Below, one piece after another: positions 52,738-62,455 of a stretch of DNA of 64,000 nt. The notes below the pieces were generated by a model that had not been told where the DNA came from, did no database searches, and saw nothing but the letters and a program-made list of their open reading frames with translations. Source of the DNA: Hormiphora californensis (taxonomy: Eukaryota > Animalia > Ctenophora); NCBI GenBank assembly GCA_020137815.1, contig CM035353.1, forward strand, positions 2,914,001-2,978,000, in the 5' to 3' direction. How positions within the stretch are numbered: the first letter of the stretch is position 1; every line of letters starts with the position of its first letter. A program made the translations under genes and the position numbers.

Positions 52738-55700
52738 GTGAGATGTGAAAAGAAGTGTGGATATGAAACATAACGCGCACGCGACACAAGTGTGTCGTGT
52801 GCGCGGCGCTAAATCGCACCACACTCTCATCCAATCATCCCTCCTTCTCAAAGAAAGTCACAGTCCGCGTGTTACATCCGGTCTCTATCTCTTCGCTCTC
52901 GCAAGTTATATTTTCTACTCGCAGACGGAGGAGGGGCGACAATGTCAATCATCACACTATCAGACGGCTGCCCACTCACGGGAAGGACGGGGTCAGGGAG
53001 AGGGTCAGAACAAGGGTCAGGGGGTTTGGAAATGTCACTGTTACCTGTATACTTACCGTTCCACTTTCTCATGTGGTTGTTTGTCACAAGGGTCTCTCTT
53101 CCATCTGGTCCTCGGACAGTCACGGTGTTCTTCCCTGTCACCTTGGTGATGACGCCCTGGTGCCATGCCTTGTTCCGTCGGAAACGGACCTCCTGTCCAA
53201 CACTGAACTTGTTCTGCTTCTCTTGTACTGGTTCACGTGTTTCAGGAGTTAACAGGGGGTTGGCAAAGTCACTCAACTTGGTGATCTCTCTCCCGAGAAA
53301 GAGTTTTGCGGGAGATGCCCCCTTGCAGCCTGGTGTCGATCTGTGCTGTATCAGCCAATCCTCCAAATTTCCTCTCTTCAGACCCTCCTTCACACGGTTC
53401 ACGTAACTCTCCGCTAAACCGTTTGCTTGGGGCCAGTATGGGGGACTATTCCTCACATCAACTCCCCTCTTCTTCATCCACTCAGTAAACTCCTCACTGA
53501 TGAATTGCGGTCCATTGTCTGATACAAAAACGATCGGGATACCGTATCGGGTGATTAGCTGCTTCATCACTCCGATCAAAGCTGTGGAGGTAGTTGATTT
53601 CATCGGGAAAACCTCCACCCAATTGGAGAATGCATCCACCACCACCAGATACATCTCTTTGTTAAACTCAAAGAAATCCGCATGAACCCGCTCCCAGGGT
53701 TTGGTAGGCTCTGCCCAGGAGTGTAGTTCGGCGGGGGGTAGGCCACGGGATAACTGGCACGGTTCACATCCGCGGACTCGGTCCTCTAACTCTGAGTCAA
53801 TCCCTGGCCACCACACACTGGATCTGGCGTTACGTTTAGACCTCTCAATTCCAGGATGTCCAGTGTGGATCAGCTCAACCATCTGGTTTCTCAACGTCGT
53901 GGGACAAATCACTCTGTGACCCCACACCAACAGACCGGAAACGACTGAAATCTCCGCTCTGCGTCTGAAATACGGCTGCAGTTCCTTCTCAGGACACGTT
54001 CTCGGCCAGTCAGACTGGGTCCACTCCAGGACCTGTGCCAAGATAGGGTCCTTTCTGCTCTCTTCCAGCATCTTCTTCTTTGTTATAGCTCCCTGGGATA
54101 GAAAATGGACTGTTAGTTGTGTGTCACACAAACAAGTTGACAATTTACAACAATCTTCAGCCCGGCCCCTTTTATACTCACCTGCACTTACCAGTCTAGA
54201 ACAAGCATCTGCTACTGGTACCTGCTTGTAGCCAATGGTGTAGCTGTAGCACGACAGGATGAGGGCCCACCTAGTCAACCTTGACAGGGTCATCGTAGGG
54301 AGTTCTCTTGCTGGATGGAAAACGTATTTCAGGGCATCATGGTCTGTCCTGATCTCAAACTGGGTTCCGTAAACGTAGCGGTGGAACTTCTTGACAGCCC
54401 ACACAATAGCCAGTCCTTCCTTCTCGACCATCCCGTAGTTCCTTTCTGCGTCAGTCAACAGTCTAGACGCAAATTCCACTGGTTTCTCACCTTCATCAGT
54501 CACCTGAGACAACACTGCTCCGATAGCATACGCCGATGCATCAGTGGAAAGGATAGTCTTTCTACCATCGTGGTAGGATGTTAGCACTCTTGGTCCTGCT
54601 AACTCTGACTTCAGCTGTGAAAATGCAGCTGTCTGGCGTTTTCCAAACACAAAATCAACGCCGTCTCTGTCAATCTCGTTCAGCGGTGCTGAGATTTCAG
54701 AGAAATTCGGGATAAATCGTCTGTAGTAGTTGGCTGCTCCCAAGAAAGATTTCAACTGCTTTCTGTCTTGAGGGGGTTCCATAGCCACTATCGCTCTGGT
54801 TTTGTCCTCCTTTGGACGGATTCCCTCGCTGGAGATGATGTATCCCAGGTAATCAATCTCCTTGACCATGATACGGCACTTCTCTCGCTTGCACTTCAGG
54901 CCAGCGTCAGACAGTTTCTGCACTACTGTCCTCACACGATCCATGTGTGTCCTCTTGTCCTTGGCCGTAATCACAATGTCGTCTACACGACACTTCACAC
55001 CGGGAACACCTCTCAATATCTCGTCCATGGTCTGCTGCCATAAACCTCCGGCACTGGAAACACCAAACGGTAAACGGGTCGGGGCGAACAAACCTCGGTG
55101 GGTGTTCACTGTCAATCGTAGCTGATCATCTTCTGTCAACTGCAGGTTATTGTAGGCCTGCTGGATGTCAAGCTTGGTGAATAAATCTCCTTCCAGGCCC
55201 TCCAGACATTCCTCGAGACTGGGCAAAGGGTACCTGGTAGTATCCAACATCGGGTTAACTGTTGCCTTGTAATCTCCACAAAGCCGTACCGATCCATCAC
55301 CTTTCCTAACTGGGACCACAGGAGATGCCCACTGTGAGCTGTTGACCGGTTTCCAGGTTCCGTCTGCAACCAACCGATCAATCTCCTGGTCAATGTCGTT
55401 CCTCATACTGATGGGAACTCCCCGAGCCTTGGAGAATCTGGGTGTAGCCTCTGCTCTCCACTCCAGGTGAATCTCCTTCTCGACAGTGCCTATTCCTTCA
55501 TGGAATGCTGGGAGTGTTAGTACCTCCCCCCGGAAATTCTGTATTACCTGATCGATGCTGTTTACATGGTGTATACCCAAGGATTTGGAGACGCTGCTCC
55601 ACCAGTCATGTCCGTACAGCTCGCCCATCCACTCTCTGCCTAGTAGTGGAGGTGTATCCGGGTTCCTCGTGACGTACAGTGGTAGTCTGAAACACTTGTC

Positions 55701-56890
55701 AGGGGGGTTAGCTGAACCTCCTCCCTTCCGGGAGTCTAATGGGCGGGACTTGGGAGAGGGTTTGGGGTAAGGGGAAGGGGACTGATCTCTCACACTTCTC
55801 ACACTGACCCATACACGCCGTGCCTCCTCCGTCTGCCCATTGGCAACCGTAAACTCGACTTCTTCACCCAACTCTCTGTTACTAAGTAAACCTTCAACAT
55901 GTTTCTCACTGACTACTGTCACTGCCGCACCTGTATCAAACTCAAATGGAATACATCTGTAAGAATCACACTCTTCATTTACAATTTCAAGTAAAACTTT
56001 TGGCTCATCTTCCTGAGCACTCTCAAACTCAAACTCTCTCAACCAACGCACGCTTGCGCTGCTCCTACAGTTCTTGCTTGTGTGTCCAATCTTGCCACAT
56101 TTGTAGCACTTCGTCTTACACTCGTCTGCTCCATGGCCCTTGAGGGTACATCGCTTGCACACCGTCGCTGGCTTCTTCTTCTGGTGCTGTTGCCGGGACT
56201 GGTTGGGTCTGAAGCTGTGACAGGCAACTGCAACGTTGTTGCTGTACTGGGTCGCATCAACCTCGCTCATTGTGATGACACGACTGAGAGCCTCTTCAGC
56301 GCTCTTGGATCCTTGTTCGATAATCCAGCCTTTTGCCTTGTCAGACTTCAGGCCAACCATGAATCGGTCTCGGATGGCTTCTTCTTCCGCCTCGGTAGAC
56401 AGGAACTTGCATAACTTTGCTTGCCGTTGCACACGGGTCAGGAACTGGACTACGGTCTCCGTTGTGGTCTGGACCATGCTGTGGAATGTCAATCGCTCAA
56501 GCAACACAGGTTTGGTGGGTGCCTGAACGGTTCTGAGTGACGCGATGACAGTCTTACAATCCGTTGTTAGCAGCTGGTCACCGAAAAGATTTTTTAGCGT
56601 ACCGTATCCTTCAGCACCAATCGATATGCTGAGCAGCTGGACACGTTTCTCTTCTTTGATGTCAAGATATTCACAGGCTATCTGAAATCGTTCCAACCAT
56701 TCTTTTAGGTCCTCAGATTTACCACTCCATTGTTCCATCTGGAGTTTCTTGGATGCTGTAGCCATTGTAGGTTCGGGATCCTCGTCGCCAATTGATGTAT
56801 TCGATACCGGGTTGAGACTTTTTACAAACCCAACAACCACTGTGTTTCAAGTCTCAACCCGGTATCGAATACATCAAAGTGAGATGTGAA
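52738..56890 (-). mobile_element. Ty3/Gypsy (Mag-like) retrotransposon with PBS and PPT but non-repeated ~87-bp termini and a 12-bp terminal direct repeat
   Basis: PBS TGGCGACGAGGAT at 56790-56778 (matches a tRNA-Ser(GCU) 3' end); PPT GAGAAGGAGGGA at 52849-52838; gtgagatgtgaa at 52738-52749 and 56879-56890. Confidence 0.88.
52872..56765 (-). CDS. Gag-Pol polyprotein (Gag with two CCHC knuckles, protease, RT, RNase H, integrase) in a single intact ORF
   Basis: CYKCGKIGHTSKNC; FDTGA; RLPFGVSSA; RVDDIVI; TDAS; HTGHPG..CEPC; VHADF, SDNGPQF, NGLAES. Confidence 0.95.
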   Translation of the reverse strand: MATASKKLQMEQWSGKSEDLKEWLERFQIACEYLDIKEEKRVQLLSISIGAEGYGTLKNLFGDQLLTTDCKTVIASLRTVQAPTKPVLLERLTFHSMVQTTTETVVQFLTRVQRQAKLCKFLSTEAEEEAIRDRFMVGLKSDKAKGWIIEQGSKSAEEALSRVITMSEVDATQYSNNVAVACHSFRPNQSRQQHQKKKPATVCKRCTLKGHGADECKTKCYKCGKIGHTSKNCRSSASVRWLREFEFESAQEDEPKVLLEIVNEECDSYRCIPFEFDTGAAVTVVSEKHVEGLLSNRELGEEVEFTVANGQTEEARRVWVSVRSVRDQSPSPYPKPSPKSRPLDSRKGGGSANPPDKCFRLPLYVTRNPDTPPLLGREWMGELYGHDWWSSVSKSLGIHHVNSIDQVIQNFRGEVLTLPAFHEGIGTVEKEIHLEWRAEATPRFSKARGVPISMRNDIDQEIDRLVADGTWKPVNSSQWASPVVPVRKGDGSVRLCGDYKATVNPMLDTTRYPLPSLEECLEGLEGDLFTKLDIQQAYNNLQLTEDDQLRLTVNTHRGLFAPTRLPFGVSSAGGLWQQTMDEILRGVPGVKCRVDDIVITAKDKRTHMDRVRTVVQKLSDAGLKCKREKCRIMVKEIDYLGYIISSEGIRPKEDKTRAIVAMEPPQDRKQLKSFLGAANYYRRFIPNFSEISAPLNEIDRDGVDFVFGKRQTAAFSQLKSELAGPRVLTSYHDGRKTILSTDASAYAIGAVLSQVTDEGEKPVEFASRLLTDAERNYGMVEKEGLAIVWAVKKFHRYVYGTQFEIRTDHDALKYVFHPARELPTMTLSRLTRWALILSCYSYTIGYKQVPVADACSRLVSAGEYKRGRAEDCCKLSTCLCDTQLTVHFLSQGAITKKKMLEESRKDPILAQVLEWTQSDWPRTCPEKELQPYFRRRAEISVVSGLLVWGHRVICPTTLRNQMVELIHTGHPGIERSKRNARSSVWWPGIDSELEDRVRGCEPCQLSRGLPPAELHSWAEPTKPWERVHADFFEFNKEMYLVVVDAFSNWVEVFPMKSTTSTALIGVMKQLITRYGIPIVFVSDNGPQFISEEFTEWMKKRGVDVRNSPPYWPQANGLAESYVNRVKEGLKRGNLEDWLIQHRSTPGCKGASPAKLFLGREITKLSDFANPLLTPETREPVQEKQNKFSVGQEVRFRRNKAWHQGVITKVTGKNTVTVRGPDGRETLVTNNHMRKWNGKYTGNSDISKPPDPCSDPLPDPVLPVSGQPSDSVMIDIVAPPPSASRKYNLRERRDRDRM

Positions 56891-57772
56891 TAATTTCAGA
56901 ATTTCTCCAAAATGCCCTCATTAGAACTTTGCTCATTGAAAGTCTTACCTTTTCCGAAACAATCTCATATTTCTACCACACCTGATAACTATAGACACAA
57001 CGTACACGACTATACAGTTTAGACAAGTACACACGGTGCTAAAAATACTAATTTTGTACCCCCCCCCCATGACCCAGCTAATTGGACGGTCAATTAAGTA
57101 TCTAAGATATAAGTACAATGGAAATTCCAGACTTTTAATTGGGTCAGAAGTGCAATATAATATGTTGTCATACAGGGTAAATTAACATTTGCAACCATGT
57201 GGTCTGTGGAAACAGCTCTTGAATGTCAGCTGCGACTCAAGAAATCCCCTACTCAACGGAGGAATACCCCCTACATACAGACTGACACTATATAATACAG
57301 GTCTGTATGTAGGGGGGTCAACGGAGCTAACATATCCGAATCAGCAGCTTATACATTTAATATAGTTAGTAAGATAGGTACTGCAGTTGTTCGTATTACT
57401 CATTACTCAATCCCTCTAATCATGTTCCCTTAAACCACCACAAACTTGAATCAAACATGTTAATTTCTGACCAAAGTATAATAATTTGTAGCTACACCAA
57501 AAAGCCAGTCAAAAATCACGTCATCAAACATCAAAATAAAGAAGAAATAAGGGTAGTATGACATAGGACCTTGGGGGTCATTTCGGAGTCATTTCGGGGT
57601 CATTTCGGGGTAATTTCACACATCGGGATCACTTCGGAGAAAAAAGTTCTAAAATTCTAATATTGCAGCACTTCAAAAAAGGGGGCGAGGTAATATAATA
57701 AACCTTTCCAAATTGATTCAACTATTCAGTATTCAGTCTTCTGCTCTACTGAGTAGTGAGTACTGAATCTAA

Positions 57773-59521
57773 TCAATCCCCGGCGTCACTGTTCCTCTCT
57801 ACACTGTTCCTCTCTACACTGTTCCTCTCTACACTGTTCCTCTCTACACTGTTCCTCTCTACACCGTTCCTCTCTACACTGTTCCTCTCTACACTGTTCC
57901 TCTCTACACTGTTCCTCTCTACACTGTTCCTCTCTACACTGTTCCTCTCTACACTGTTCCCCTCTACACTGTTCCTCTCAACACTGTTCCTCTCTACATT
58001 GTTCCTCTCTACATTGTTCCTCTCTCTACACTGTTCCTCTCTACACTGTTCCTCGCTACACTGTTCCTCTCTACACTGTTCCTCTCTACACTGTTCCTCT
58101 ATACACTGCAGTTCCTCTCTACACTGTTCCTCTCTACACTGTTCCTCTCTACAATGTTCCTCTACACTGTTCCCCTCAACACTGTTCCTCTCAACGCTGT
58201 TCCTGGCGTCATTATCTCCATTCTGCCTATTTAAGAGCAGATAAAACTTTTTAATGGTCTGCCCGAGAATTACTAGACACTCGTTCAAGCCAAACTGTAC
58301 CGCAACAACATTATACTGGCTTGGAGAGTGAGCCAGGTTGAAAAGTAGAGGTGAAACCACCCTACAATCACCTGTTAGATCCGTATCAGCTCCCATGTGG
58401 GATCTCATTGTCAGAACCTTAGAGGTCTCCAACACGAGATACCCAAGGGTGAGGGAGTTAGTGACGATTTCCACCGCAGTTTTCATGGTGTTCACCACCG
58501 TTTCCTCGTCCCCATGATCAGGCTCACTACGGTCTATAACAGATCGGGAGGACACACGGTAGTACAGGTAGTAGACGACATATACCGTGGTGGCGACCGT
58601 AGACAGGATGAGAGATGCACCACAAACGACAATGGCGGAGAGCTGCGATCCCTTGAACAGCTGATCTATCATATGGCAATCTGTGGTACTGGCAGTTATA
58701 CCTAACAAAATGGCGAACGGAGTTGCTACAAGAATGATTGCAAGAATCATACCAGCGAGGAGGATTTTCGTTAACTTTTTCTTGTGAGCCCGGAAGTAGA
58801 AAGGCCGTACCACCATGATGAGCTGGAATGTGTAGATTTCTGTGTCGAAAAACTTGAGAATCATGGCGATGCAGAACTCCACCTGACCCGAGACCAAGTG
58901 CACAAACAAGAGGACTGCAAATACCCGGTCATTAGTGGGTAGGAAGAGAATGACACGGTATAGGGCGGAGATAAGTCCAAGGATGAGAGACATGGCGTCT
59001 TTTAGCATTTTAACCGATCGGAACACTTTCGATGTATCTTTTTCGGTGAACTTGATCTCGTACAGACTGGCAGCGGATGAGATGAACATGATGACCCCGA
59101 GAAGAGAGAAGATAAGAGCTGTTTCTTGGAGGCAAGCATTCATCTTGTAGAGTGCAGACATAGTTTCATTCACATGATACACCAAGGTGTGCTCAAAAGA
59201 GTGGAGGCCAGCTGTCATGGTCTGCTTGAACGCGTCAAAGTCCTTGAGATCTTCTCTCAGGAATTTCTCGGCGATCCCCGCTACGAAGCTCACGTTCCTT
59301 TCTACATCTACAAAGCGAACGCTGGCGATGCCATGTGTTTGAAGGTCATCCAGGACATCAACTGTTTTGATGTGTTCCCCGTCTATTGTTATGGTTACCT
59401 CAGCCAGAATGAGGTTTTTATTAACCTGGGAAAACTTCTCCATCAGGCCACCGTCCCTAACTAGGCTCTTTAGCTCCTCTAACGTCTCATTCCACTGATC
59501 TACAGCTGCAGCAGAGGTCAT
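57773..59521 (-). CDS. Intronless orphan multi-pass (about 7 TM) membrane protein, divergent GPCR-like, with a C-terminal 15-bp coding minisatellite
   Basis: 582-aa ATG ORF with seven hydrophobic segments; IMVVRPFYF after TM3; (EQCRE)n/(ERNSV)n tail from 57787-58200. Confidence 0.7.
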   Translation of the reverse strand: MTSAAAVDQWNETLEELKSLVRDGGLMEKFSQVNKNLILAEVTITIDGEHIKTVDVLDDLQTHGIASVRFVDVERNVSFVAGIAEKFLREDLKDFDAFKQTMTAGLHSFEHTLVYHVNETMSALYKMNACLQETALIFSLLGVIMFISSAASLYEIKFTEKDTSKVFRSVKMLKDAMSLILGLISALYRVILFLPTNDRVFAVLLFVHLVSGQVEFCIAMILKFFDTEIYTFQLIMVVRPFYFRAHKKKLTKILLAGMILAIILVATPFAILLGITASTTDCHMIDQLFKGSQLSAIVVCGASLILSTVATTVYVVYYLYYRVSSRSVIDRSEPDHGDEETVVNTMKTAVEIVTNSLTLGYLVLETSKVLTMRSHMGADTDLTGDCRVVSPLLFNLAHSPSQYNVVAVQFGLNECLVILGQTIKKFYLLLNRQNGDNDARNSVERNSVEGNSVEEHCREEQCREEQCREELQCIEEQCREEQCREEQCSEEQCREEQCRERNNVERNNVERNSVERNSVEGNSVERNSVERNSVERNSVERNSVERNSVERNGVERNSVERNSVERNSVERNSVERNSDAGD

Positions 59522-59529
59522 GTTTCCTA

Positions 59530-59875
59530 GCTTTCAGCTCTGCAGACAAGAGATATATATATCGGTCCTCAGCTTTCAGATCTGCAGACAAGAGATATAT
59601 CGGTCCTCAGCTTTCAGCTCTGCCGACAAGAGATATCTCAGTCCTCAGCTTTCAGCTCTGCAGACAAGAGATATATATCGGTCCTCAGCTTTCAGCTCTG
59701 CAGACAAGAGATATATCGGTCCTCGGTTCTTCAAGACAAGATCAGATATCTCAGTCCTCAGCTTTCCTCAAGACAAGATCAGATAGATCTCAGTTCTCAG
59801 CTTTCCTCAAGACAAGCGATATATCGGTCCTCAGCTTTCTTCAAGACAAGATCATATATCTCAGTCCTCAGATAT
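59530..59875. repeat. ~36-40-bp tandem repeat immediately upstream of the 7TM ORF
   Basis: Repeated tcctcagctttcagctctgcagacaagagatatatcgg. Confidence 0.9.
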
Positions 59876-60876
59876 CGCCTAGTTGAATGTTGTTGCAAAT
59901 GCAAAGTGTTCAAAATGGTCTGCTGCTCAGGTTCACGACGAACGGAAAGTGAAAAAAAATAACTTACTTTATTCCGGTGAATTTGTTTATGGATTTAAGA
60001 ATTTATAATTTGAAAGGGTATAAACGTTTTATGTTTTGTATGAACTCTTTGTATTGTTCATACAACATCACAATGAACTATTGTAGAGCTGTGGGGGACT
60101 TGCAGCCGGGAGATATATAATGCAGTTGCAGTACAGTTGACGTCAATATACCACACCTTTAAAAAAGATCTAAATCTATAACGTACTAAACCAAATTAAA
60201 AGTAAACGAAACTATGTTTATGAACCATTGTAGGAGGAGCAGGAGAGAATGAGGGGGATCTAAAAAATGCCTAAATTTCAGATAATTTTTTCACCGTTCC
60301 TGCAGCTCCTGGAGAATGACCATATTTTGACATTGACATAATGAATAAAAAAAGCTTCTCGTCTTATCAGCTATGAAGTTATATTCGTTTGATCCTTACC
60401 ATGAGGCCAGTGTCAGAGACCTGTGACCAGGTAGAGGTGATAAGACTGCATACATAACCCCGATCAGGTATACAATAAAACAACAACTTTAAAGTAACTG
60501 GTAACTACACCACCAATATATATGAGCTAGAAAAAACGGACCGCCGTTTTAATCCAAATCTTTCTCCTCTCTCTCTCTCTCATCTCTCTCTCTCCATTGG
60601 AGAATTATAACTATAACTGCCGACCAGTTATCTCCAGTAACCATGGTAACTGGGATATTTGTATAAAGTGAGAAAGATAGAGAGCGCGTTAGACGTTATA
60701 ATAACGTGGGGTGGTGTTAGTTCATAGTCGCACACTATAACAGGTATACAAAGCAATCCTAATCCATGTAGCTTCCACTAATATTGATATATTATTTATA
60801 TTTCAGCTGAATTTTCATCTAAAGTTTTACCTGCGTAGGACTGTGTGGTAAATTAATAATAATATGAGTGATTAGT

Positions 60877-61140
60877 TTAATGGGATGATAGGGACAAAAG
60901 GAGACTCGTTGATTTATTTAGGAAAACTTTTCGACGTTTCGCCGTGCGACGGCATCATCTGGATCCTCAAATTAATTTGTTTAAAGTAGTGTTGAAAAGT
61001 TTCAAACTTTTCAACACTACTTAAAACACAGTTTCAAACTTTTCAATACCAATTTAATTTGAGGATCTCCAGATGATGCCGTTGCACGGCGAAACGTCGA
61101 GAAGTTTTCCTAAATAAATCAACGAGTCATCCCATTAACC
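60877..61140. mobile_element. Head-to-head inverted pair of short Penelope-like terminal-repeat units, each starting with SL-like sequence and carrying a degenerate hammerhead-like motif
   Basis: SL(-) at 60966-61002; SL(+) relics at ~60998-61028 and 61030-61063. Each arm continues GATC..CAGATGA-TGCCGT.GCACGGC-GAAACGTCG...AATAAA. Confidence 0.65.
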
Positions 61141-61594
61141 TGGTTAATCATGATCATGAGACTAACGTCGCGTGGCAACACATGAACTTGTTAATATGAG
61201 TGATTGTTTGCATGCATTCTTCAGTATATTATTATACTAGTATGAGGATTGTTAGCATTGCTCTGTATACAAACTATGCTATCACGAGGAAGATGGATGG
61301 CTGCAGCATTCATGAGGGTGAAATGAAAGACAAGTATATATTAGGCATTGACAGCATTATTACAAAACAAAGCACTACGACTGTACAGTAGAAATGAAGG
61401 ATCGCGATTGTCGCCAACACAGCTAGTCTGTGTTCAATTACTATCCGTATTACCCCTGCATCTCTGTGCCTTTGTCTCCCTGATCCCTCTCGCTTATAGT
61501 TTCATCAAATCATCGCTCCCCTCTCTCCCTCATGCTATAACACGGGTACAATGGTTTCATCTGCACCACTATATGATTGTCAGTATGAATTGGG

Positions 61595-61676
<82 letters not shown>

Positions 61677-62018
61677 ATCTTCTCTCGTCTCTCTCTCTCT
61701 CGTCTCTCTCTTCCTCTCGCCTCTATCTCTCTCTCTCTCTCCCTCCTTCCCTCTCTCTCCCTCTATCTCTTCATCTCCCTCTATCCCTCTCAATGTCACT
61801 GCAATGATGGAATGACCCCGAAGAGGATCAACAGAGTGGGCAGCTCTGTACAAGATAACATATAAACGAGAATCTGAATTCTGCGGCTTAGCTCTTGCGA
61901 GAGACGCGGTGGTCATGATAGACGGCGGTAGGCTTCCGCAGACGGAGAGATGGAAAAAGTGAGTTGGAGAGAGAAACAAGGAGAAAGAGAGAGGGATACA
62001 AAGAGAGGGAAAGATAGT

Positions 62019-62052
<34 letters not shown>

Positions 62053-62455
62053 AAGAGAGAGAGAGAGGAGAAGAGTCGCTCTCTCGTCCTCTCCGAGTCG
62101 TAGGTATCTCCTCTTCGCGCCTCTTCTTCTCTCTCTCTCTCTCCTCTCTCTCTTCTCCTCTCTCCTCCCTCTCTCTCTCTCTCTCTCTCGCTTCCTCTCT
62201 CCTCCCTTTTCTCTCCCCTTTTCTCCTCTCCCCCTCTCCCTCTCTCTGGTTCGCTCTCTCCCTCCGCCTCTCGCCCTCGTCTTCTTCCTCTCTTCTTTTC
62301 TTTTGTTACCCCTTTCCATATATTCGCTCTAGCCATATTCCTCCCCCTTTTCCCTTGTACCCCTTTTACCCGCCTTTCGCTTATTCCTCTTTTTGCTCTC
62401 TGCTCTCTTTCCTTATTATTATTATCTGTGTGAAATTATTCGTACCGATAGTTTG

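Noticed and set aside
54975-54995. RVDD instead of YxDD taken as a dead RT
   Set aside because: Both catalytic aspartates are retained and the ORF is intact; first-position variation occurs among Gypsy RTs.
52745-56526. Plus-strand ORFs over the Gypsy element, and minus-strand ORFs over the LINEs
   Set aside because: Antisense shadows of long coding frames with no recognisable motifs.
59530-59875. CRISPR-like array (also 10650-11110, 57787-58200)
   Set aside because: Tandem units with no unique spacers, no cas genes, eukaryotic context.
60966-61063. A true SL RNA gene
   Set aside because: The leader is followed by GATC rather than the GT donor; it looks like the spliced product.
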